A stretch of 62,590 nucleotides of DNA, counting the filler, from Sanchytrium tribonematis (Eukaryota), in NCBI GenBank assembly GCA_018985235.1. It is 7 parts of 7 records of this genome, joined end to end, with 100 filler letters (N's around TTAATTAATTAA, not from the genome) between each part and the next. Parts side by side here need not be neighbours in the genome. Positions count along the whole stretch, not along the records: positions 53,792 to 62,590 come from JADGIG010000358.1; 6 more parts are not named here. One strand, 5' to 3'. Position numbers and translations under genes: made by a program. The notes under the pieces are model-generated. The model was not told where the DNA came from. It made no database searches and saw nothing but the letters and a program-made list of their open reading frames with translations. Shown piece by piece: positions 53,692 to 62,590 of the stretch (its first letter is position 1; every line of letters starts with the position of its first letter).

Positions 53692-53791
53692 NNNNNNNNN
53701 NNNNNNNNNNNNNNNNNNNNNNNNNNNNNNNNNNNTTAATTAATTAANNNNNNNNNNNNNNNNNNNNNNNNNNNNNNNNNNNNNNNNNNNN
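53692..53791. other. Artificial contig linker
   Basis: N44-TTAATTAATTAA-N44. Confidence 0.99.
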
Positions 53792-54880
53792 GAATATGCC
53801 AACACACAAGTACTTCTTCTATTTTGTATTTTACTTGCTTTTACTATTTTTGTAGTGCTTCTCTATTTGTTATTTACTATTTCCTAATATGCTTGTGGCT
53901 TGTATTGCATTTTCTTTTATATTCATCGATATAAAGGTTGATTTGTTATTATCAAGTATCATTTTTTCAGAAATTTATGTCCACGAGTGTATTTTATTTT
54001 TTTTTGAATCTTAGATATTGATGTTTGATTAAGATATTCGCTACGCATTTGAAAATATTCGTTTTTCTGGATTTTCACTTTTTCTTTAACAACCTCATTG
54101 TAATCAAGCAGGATTTTATTTGAAAAAGAAAATCAGATAGTTCAGCTGGAAGACTTGAGTTTTATCCACTGCTTCAGTGGTAGATATTACAATGAAGTTT
54201 TCTAACTGAAGAAATGTGTCTGACACAATAGATTTTTGTTTGTTATCAGACAATGAAGAGATGCATCTTGATAAAGATTGGATTGATAAACATATTTTTT
54301 GAAATTTACAGAATTTTTAGTTTATTTTATGTTAAAATTCAAACTCTTTGGATCAGAGTTCCAATTGTTTGTTTTTAATCTGGATATTTGGGAAGCAGCG
54401 GTAAAGCCTTACAAGAGACGTCAAAATACAGAAGGGAGTGACAAAACAGAGACATTGGGATAGATCCGTTGTTGGAACTTTTTAGCTTGCAATCAGATGA
54501 TCAGGTAAAATTTATTCAATACCCCCATCTGTTTATCTATAAAATGTAACTGTGGAATTGGATAAATCCTGATAAAACATTTGAGTGAATCTTATTACGC
54601 CGTAAGCCGTAATTAAAGATCGCATCATTGATATCACATGGAAGAAAACGTGTAATTTTGTCCAATAAAGTCAATCTCCTGCTTATGTCATTCAATCTCC
54701 GGGTAATATCCTCTTTTTTAACTAAAAAGTATCTGTTATTAATTTCTTCCCATTCCATATTGTCAATTAGATTAACAACAACATTTGTAAGGTAGAGAAA
54801 TAGAAATGAGAAGAAAACAAGAGTCGAAAACTGAAAAAGCAAAATAAATATAGAAGAAGTACTTGTGTGTTGGCATATTC
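53792..54880. repeat. Inverted repeat (31 bp exact: 53792-53822 and 54850-54880)
   Basis: GAATATGCCAACACACAAGTACTTCTTCTAT and its reverse complement. Confidence 0.85.
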
Positions 54881-55378
54881 CACAGATGTATGGATCTCGC
54901 TATAATTTAATAAATATTCAATAATGATACGAAATAGCGAATTCTTGAGGCAATAACCCCAAAAACCCCATATCGACTTTGATAGCAACACCAAAATCAG
55001 AACATCTTGCATTCGATTGTAATATATTTTCATTTTAAAGCAATAAATATGTTATCAAAGATTTATTGGAAGACCCTCATGTAGTTTACAAAATTATTGA
55101 GGCAATTTTGATAAAGATGATAATTGGATAAAAAATTTAACGAAAGAATTTTTATTCAGTATCAAATTGACATTAAGGCAAATTATTTTGTATAATCTTT
55201 CTTCGTGCAAATGCATGTGTTGATCTGATTTAGTTTATGTATTTAAAAGCTGTTTAATCATAATATTAGGTTTGGAAAAATAAATATTCGCAATTTCTCC
55301 CTTGAAACCCCCATGATCATGATACACTCTCTGCAATTTCTGAAGTATATCTCACGCATTCTAGACGTAGTTGACTTA

Positions 55379-55968
55379 TTATGACTTATTTGGAAGATTA
55401 CTAGTGGGTATGCCATGTATTGCGATGTGCTTATCAATTTGATTCAAAGACACCAAACACTTATCCAACTTAGCCGCCATATCCATTCCCGAGAGATTTT
55501 TGTCACCCGCCATATTATCCATGACAATCTCTATCTCCCTCCTATTTTTGAACATAATGTCCCTTTTATCGCGTATATTACTACCATTATGATTTATATT
55601 TGAGATAGCAGGGTCCAATTCAAGCAAATTTTCACAAATAATGTCCAACTGGTCGCAAGGTGGGGTTAATCAAAGTTTACAATCATTTGACGATTTATTG
55701 ATTATAAACCACATAGTAGGAATCAAATCACTATACAAATTAAGCTGTATTACATTGGGAATCAAGTATATATAATGTGCACACATGGCAATCTATTTGT
55801 GACACTATAATTACAGCTACATCCATATAATCCATCTATATTATCAATTATAAATGTAGACTTCTTATATACAACCGTGATAGATCCATCATCATTACTG
55901 AAATGGGATTTGCAGTTGTAATATTTATCCATTTCATTTTTAATCAAATTAGATGCATATGAGGTCAC
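55379..55968 (-). mobile_element. MULE-type transposase remnant (SWIM finger)
   Basis: CSCNYSVTNRLPCVH matches the CxC..PCxH SWIM motif; stops nearby. Confidence 0.6.
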
Positions 55969-55971
55969 AAT

Positions 55972-56763
55972 ATGACAAGAGGAGATTTCGACTTTGAAAA
56001 TTTGTCTCGATTGAGTAACTTTTCACTCATAATAAATCGTTCTTTGGAAACATTGAACTTGCAAACCCATAGTATCTTCCATTTACTAGCGACCCCAAAT
56101 GGAAATAACGAATATTATTCATCTAGGAAGCATACTCGCTTCATTTTAGCAAACGTTCCTCCGGATTTGACTCCTGAAAGCATTATGAGGTATATTCGTG
56201 GTCATTACAAAAGCTGCGGCCATTTATTTGCCGAAATGCAGCAGATATACGACAAAACATTCATTGAAATTATTTGTAAAAAAGTACATTTCCCCCGAAT
56301 CAGCACGATATTTAGTCAGATGAAGACTAAATTTACAAATTTTGATGTGTATGGCATTTCCGAAGTACTCTGGATGGATTTAATTAAGTCATACGATGAT
56401 ATTTTACAATATGAAATTGAAAGACTCAAACAGGCACCTATCGACCTATTTTATAAATTGCAATTATCAAAAAGTAGACATAAAATGAATTCTGTAAGCT
56501 ATGTATATTGTGATAGTACCAAATATCTTCTACAGGGGAAATATTCAACATATTTCTTAAAAAGAAGTATTTATTGGAAATATCTAGAGCTTGAGAGATT
56601 GTGCTCATTAGATTCGTGGTTTTATCATTCACCCTACGATGATATAACCACATATACAACATTCGAGTTACTCATGTTTTTTTTTATTACACGATTTATT
56701 GACTCAAAATCTAAAAGAGCGAACGAAAGAATCTTCCAAATTCACATAAATGTTCTTCTGTAA
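55972..56763 (+). mobile_element. ORF1-like fragment homologous to the N-terminus of the LINE polyprotein at 59710-62283
   Basis: RFIL..., IEII, W, E...L and VSY motifs colinear with RFII..., VELI, W, E...L, VSY. Confidence 0.55.
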
Positions 56764-56810
56764 TGTGATCTACTTGTTTCGATATTTGACTAAGTAAATT
56801 TCCTTCTTTC

Positions 56811-57233
56811 TTGACAATTTCTTCAAGGTATCTGTCAAATCTTAATGATTTCACTATTTATTGTGACAATAAGTCAAGTCTTAGAATTTGTCAAAATATT
56901 TGGGACAATCATGATCCCTCTAAATCGTCTTTTTCTCATATTGTAATGAAGGAATTATATTTACTAAAACAAAAGGGTGTCTCGCTTCAATTTGAGTGGG
57001 TAAAAGGACATGCTGGACATGAATTTAATGAGTTAGCAGATTCCCTGGCTGGTGAAATCAATCCCAGCATTCCAAATTTACGTTTATTTTCTTCCAGCAG
57101 AATTTCCAATAAAAGGCCCACCAGCTTTTGGTATGGTGAAAATCATTTGGACTTTAAGAATTTAAATTCTTTTCAAATGCGAACTTTTACAAAAAATGTT
57201 GCCGCGTTTATGAATACAATGTATTTATTTTAA
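56811..57233 (+). mobile_element. Retrotransposon RNase H fragment
   Basis: YCDNKSS, EWVKGHAG..FNELADSLA. Confidence 0.8.
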
Positions 57234-60200
57234 TGCACAGCCGGGTGTTTATGAGATGGTGCTCTATTTTCTAAATCCCCTAATAAATTCTTTCTTTCTC
57301 TTTCTTTCTCTTTCTTTCTTGGATATTTCTTGCTCACTAATGAAGTAAAATATCTATTTGAATTATCTTGCAATGGCAAATTACATCCAACATCACAAAT
57401 ATCATTTCCACGACAATAATCCTCGTCATTTTCTTCTTTATGCGCATAAACATGTTTCATTTCAACATTTTCAAAATTCCCTTGAATAATCAAATCCAAA
57501 TTGTTTATCTTCCCATAATCACCATTTGATTGATATAATTGAATGGCCTGGATGGCAGACATGCTGTCTGTTAGAATGAGTAAATGTTTAGAATCATCAC
57601 GGCATTTGGTGGCCTCTACAATACAGGCTATTTCACTGCGAGTACTGCTATTAATATTTAAAGTAGTAAAATCATATAAAATGTATGATTTCGTAGCTGG
57701 TTTGAAAATGCAACCAGTTGATTTATCAAGTGTGAAACTGGCATCTGTATACATTATCTCATATAAATTATTATTATAATCACAAATAAATCTATCATTA
57801 TTCATATTATATGGTAGGATTGCCATATCTAGTCCAATTTGAGTGAATGAATTGATTGGAGTGATATTTGATCTATCAACAAATGACGATTCTGCTAGAA
57901 ATTTGAGACCACACTGCTGGATCCAATACTGATTCTTGTAAATATTGCCAGATTTATGCGATTTGTTACATAAATGACAATAATCTAGATTTTGTGGGGG
58001 GATTTGCAATTTTAGTAATTTTTGCAATCTTTTGTATTTGCATGTTCTTTTATGGATGTTTGAGGATGACATGGAGTATTTGACTTTTGGAAATGTCACT
58101 ATCTGGCTAATGGGTTGATTTAATCGTTGAATAGTATGATTTCGATGTCTCGCATGTAAATCATGCCAACGGAAATAGAAATGTTCCATATTGTACAGTT
58201 GATAAATGTAGTCATTTGTCATGGATGATGATGCACCAATATAATCACGCACATCTTTGAGAATAAATGAGTTGATGCGATTTGCAATGGTCTTTTCAGG
58301 GGGAAACAATTTCAATCCCTTTTCAATCAAAGGAAGAACCATTGATTTATAAATTGTCAATAATCCACGCGCATTTAATGCTCCATTGAATACACCAGTT
58401 TGTATATTAAAGTATTTACGAGTATTGGCAGCTTTCAAATTTAAATCAACTTGTTGTTTTCTACTAAATCCATTTTGATTAAATAAAATGCCAAGATAGG
58501 AGTCTTTGGCAGTCAAATATCTTGTCTTACTGTCATTCAAATATAAATTAACTGATTCTAGTCTATTAGTCAATTCTAAATCAAATTCTGCAAAATTGGT
58601 TTCAGGAGCAGCAGCCACCAAATCATCAGAAAACATGGAGAAGAAGTTCTCCCGAGTACGCAAGTCACCCAATAGTCTATCCATTAATAATGCAAACAGC
58701 AACGGCGACAGAACTGATCCTTGTATCACACCCGTGTTTGTTTCACGAGTGGATGAGTAGCAGGGACCAATTCGGAACATGACACGCTGTTTAACAACTA
58801 GATATTTCAATACATAGCAGTCTACTTTGTTGGGAATCAAATCATCCAACATATTACAAATGGCAACTCGTGAGCATGTGTCAAATGCAGCACGTTGGTC
58901 ATATTTCTTTATCTTATACTTGGATCTCTCTGCTTTTGGCAATTGCTTAAGAAATGAATCCAAGTCATACACTGCATCACAATGATTGACACCCTTCTTA
59001 TACCCGTACTGCACGTCAGATGTGCGTAACTCATTGGAGTATCTATTTTGCAGCATTTTCTCCATCATTTTCTTTAGATGACTTGTCATCCCCAAATAAC
59101 GGTACTTATGTATGTCAATTGTTTCAACACCCTTGGGAATGGGGTGCAGAATTGTTGTAATGAATAAATCTGGAATTAAAAGGCATTTTTGAATGGAAAC
59201 AAATAAATCAGTCAACATCTCTAAAAGCAGAGGATCTGCATATTTTACAAGTTCAATAGGTAGCTTGTCACTTCCCGTGGACTTATTCATGGGCATTTTA
59301 CCCAGAGCAGCTTTTATTTCATCCAATGTGAATGGAATGACATCATTTTCAATATTTGAATTTAAGCAATTCCTGGGATACTTCTCTGTCATTCCACTTG
59401 GTATCTACTAGTTTGGTACTATAATCTTCGACACGGGTAAAGTCAAGCATGCTCTTTGGATCAAATTTGTGTTTGCGTGCAAATTTGGTAATTTTTAACA
59501 AATCAGAGGCATTCTGACTATTTTTGAACTTGGAAAGATTATGGAAATGCTCTCTTTTCTCTTTACAGTAAATCTCAAATGGATCTTGACCACTGGTGAA
59601 TAAATTTGCTTGTAACGCATTTTTGAATTTCTCCATGTGTTCTGGAATAATAAATGGTTTTGGTTTTGTATATCCAATTATATCACTTCCACAGTCAATA
59701 AGGCACTTTTCAATGATAAGAAGAGCTTGCTGGTTGATGCGAACTCAAATTTTGGTAAAATTCAGGGGAAATTTGTCTCAAACGAGCTGCCGAGATGCAT
59801 TTGAAATGCTCTCGATTTGGAAACTCAACATTCCCATTAGAATCCTTTATGGACTGGTTAAATTTATATACTTTTAGCTTAGATTCTTTGACAACAATCA
59901 AGTCTTTACTAAAATCATGCAAATCAATTTCTAGACAAATTGATAGATGATCACTGCATGTTTGTGGGAAACAATGCAATTGAGTTCTATAATCAGATGA
60001 GGTAGGTGTTAATGCGTAGTCTAATAATGAACATTGGTCGGAATTATATCGGCAATAAGAGAAATTTGAATTTAAAGGCAAAATGATTTCTAGATTCTTT
60101 GAGTAGATGTAATCAGCAAATGACTGATATTTTGATGTTGGATTATCATGACTGGCACCCACATTTACATCTCCTAAATAAATACAATTACTTCCACCGA

Positions 60201-62283
60201 TTTTATATAAATTATGGAAATATGCCGCTTTATCACGCACATTTGCTGGCAAATACACTCCCATTATACGAAGTGCACCCACTTGAATAAGAATATGATC
60301 AAATCTCTTTGACAACACACGAATATCACCCTTTTTATATTTTAAATGATTTATGGCTAAACACATGCCGTATTGTGAAGTGGGTGTGCAACTTGCTTTG
60401 ACTACAAATGATGCAGGTAGCCAGGATGTGTCTTTTAGCCTTGTTTCAGATACGAAAAAGAGGTCAGGTTCGTATTTCTCTATCTGATTCAAAATAAATG
60501 CTTCTTTATGTTTGATGCCATTGATATTCAAATACGCTGCCTTGAAACCATTTTCAAATTCAAATTGAGGCTCACTGACTTCCTCAAATGATCTTAGATG
60601 CCTGAAGTATAATTTTGACTCGTTTTTGGATCTTGTGAGGGGAACATTCTCTGACAGTTGTTGATTTGAGATTAATGTCTGTTCTGCTAGAATTTCAAAA
60701 GGATTTTGGTGTTTTACATTAGTGGATCCACCAGGTTGATACCCACATATTTGAACTGTATCTTGTGGGAATATTTTAAAATTTGGATTCAATGTTGTTT
60801 TATGATTCAATTGAATTATCCACTTTCTATTACGAATGGATTGTCCTTTAGGCATAACAGTATCACATATATCATGCCATAATAGACTACTGGAATTAAA
60901 TTCTATGCATCTTGTCCCTTGATCTAGAAATTTAAAAAAGAAGCAATAATTTGAAGTAGTGTTTACTGACTTCATTTTAACTGACTTAATAGCTTGAAAT
61001 GCGATGGTACCTTGGAAATCAGTCGTCACAATGCTCACATCATATGAACTTGGATTGTTTTTGATTTCCAGTGGAAGAAAGTGGTTTGCGGATGCATCCA
61101 TTGGAACTGTCATGACCCATTTAGTATCATTGTATTCGCAGAATACTTTGATGTCCTGGACAGATTCATTCACAATAAAAATAGTAGTGTTGGGATTCAC
61201 AATTGCATCTAATTTCTTGCAATTTTTCATATTGTAAACCAGATACTTGAATTGGCGATTTCTGATTGCTTGTTGGAGTGTCAAATTTGGCTTCCAAGTG
61301 TAAATTGTGTATCCTTGACTATCAATCACTTCATACTGGGGTGGTTTGGGTGTTGGATTTGTCTTTTGACGCTTTTGCAATGGAGATTCAATTGTACTGT
61401 TTGCAGGTCTGGGAGTGACTTGATTGGACTGGATTTCACTTGCAGTAGGTCTTAGAGTCTGATGATGATGCTCTAAAGACGCAATCATTTGTTGTGACAC
61501 ACTGGAAGAAGGAGCAACAGATTGATTTGATTGGATGTCATCTGTCTCATTTCTCTCTTCAATAACATTCAAACCAAATGCATTTTCCAACGCAGAAAAA
61601 TCCGTATTTGCCAATTGATCCGAATTAATCATTGGTTGAAAGCGGAATTGATTTGATGCAATCAATTTGTCAATATCCTTGATAATTTGGATTTTAAAGG
61701 CCTTTTGATTGAAACCATTTCCATTTAATTGCTTTAACGCACCCATCCAGCAGTAGCTGACGGTTCCAAAGTATCTTGGTCTAGAGTAAGCTTTTAAATC
61801 GAGTCCTAAACTGATTATTGACTTGCGCAGACCGTGACATTCCTTTTTAAGAAGGATTTTGTTACTTGGGCGCGCTAAAAAACAATTCCATTCTAATTGG
61901 CTATACATGGTAGCCTGTCCAAAGTAGGTTGCCATTTCTTCACTAGTCTGAAATGTTACAAAAGCAGCTTTTAATGCGGGTACTGTCTTTTCTTCCACAA
62001 TTAATTCCACACAGCAATTGTTGTGCGTAAACATACAAATTGGAATAAATTTAAATGCCACTTTCATTTGATTCTTGAATGCCAATTGAATACCTTCTGC
62101 ATTCATGTTGCCTTCATCATTTTCGCGTCCTTTGCGTAATCCAACAATAATAAAGCGCAAATATGACTTGTTTTCTTCATTGTTGATATATTTATCAAAA
62201 AGTTTAATTGTTTTTGGTGAAGGAGCGTGACTGTGATTTTGCTCGAAAGCATCTGCAGTGACTGGGAGATCTCCTTGTGTCAT
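57230..62283 (-). mobile_element. Near full-length non-LTR retrotransposon: ORF1-like, Ubl(GG), APE, RT, Cys-rich motif, RNase H; two frameshifts (about 59740 and 59365)
   Basis: APE (YLNING, SETRL, GDVN, LDY, SDH); RT (KSTGSD, AFD, GVIQGSVLSPLLF, FSDD, YLGI); CHLC; RNase H (YTDAS, SEI, TDS, HVYAH, GND.CD). Confidence 0.9.
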
Positions 62284-62590
62284 AGTTACTCATGTTTGTG
62301 CAATACTTTTTGTGGATGTCAAATTACCTACTTGTCGTACCTTCTAAACCGGTTTCTAGCACCATAACGTACTTTGTTAAGCACCCTCACTGCAAAACAA
62401 TAGTGAAAACTACATCAGTAGGCACCTGGTTCTCTATCGTGAAGAAGGATCTAAATTTGTCCCAATCACAGGATTTAAAATGGAAATACTTTAGAAATGG
62501 GATTTTGCAAATTCGAGACTTTGTTTTGTGTCACAACGACACGAATTTATGTCACTTGGTGGCTCTCCTAATGTGAATCAATTTGAGATT

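Noticed and set aside
8926..53791. Recurring TTAATTAATTAA motif at about 8.9-kb spacing, and gene neighbourhoods across it
   Set aside because: Artificial linker in N runs. Contig lengths fall monotonically (8925, 8917, 8904, 8846, 8800, 8799, 8799), so the contigs are size-sorted and adjacency across linkers is meaningless.
1399..61455. Many 60-105 aa ORFs overlapping longer genes (e.g. 4599-4784, 6524-6793, 13518-13835, 45455-45754)
   Set aside because: Antisense or off-frame shadows of recognised genes, mostly with non-ATG starts and no motifs.
1..62590. Alternative genetic code, CRISPR arrays or prokaryotic operons
   Set aside because: Conserved proteins end at TAA, TAG and TGA with no read-through needed; genes are eukaryotic; no repeat-spacer arrays seen.

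Overview
AT-rich, extremely gene-dense eukaryotic DNA using the standard genetic code. The gene content (POC1, IQUB, MYCBP, an NPSN-type SNARE, an INTS2-like protein, DHTKD1, fungal-type INCENP, Fab1 and CBS-PB1 proteins) suggests an early-diverging, zoosporic fungus-like opisthokont with a compact genome; this is inference. The window is not contiguous. It is seven contigs of about 8.8-8.9 kb, sorted by decreasing length and joined by artificial N44-TTAATTAATTAA-N44 linkers. Five contigs are packed with housekeeping genes, many separated by only 1-50 bp, plus tRNA-Ala(AGC), elongator tRNA-Met and an SRP (7SL) RNA gene. Two contigs (27047-35892, 53792-62590) are mostly transposon remains: Ty3/gypsy, LINE-like, pogo and MULE. 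Two main discoveries: (1) all nine spliceosomal introns I could resolve are exactly 19 nt, GT...AG, with YTNAY fixed at positions 11-15 and a strong 3' positional bias; (2) a LINE-like retrotransposon family fuses an ORF1-like region to its endonuclease through a ubiquitin-like domain ending in Gly-Gly, seen in two diverged copies, which suggests polyprotein processing by a host protease.
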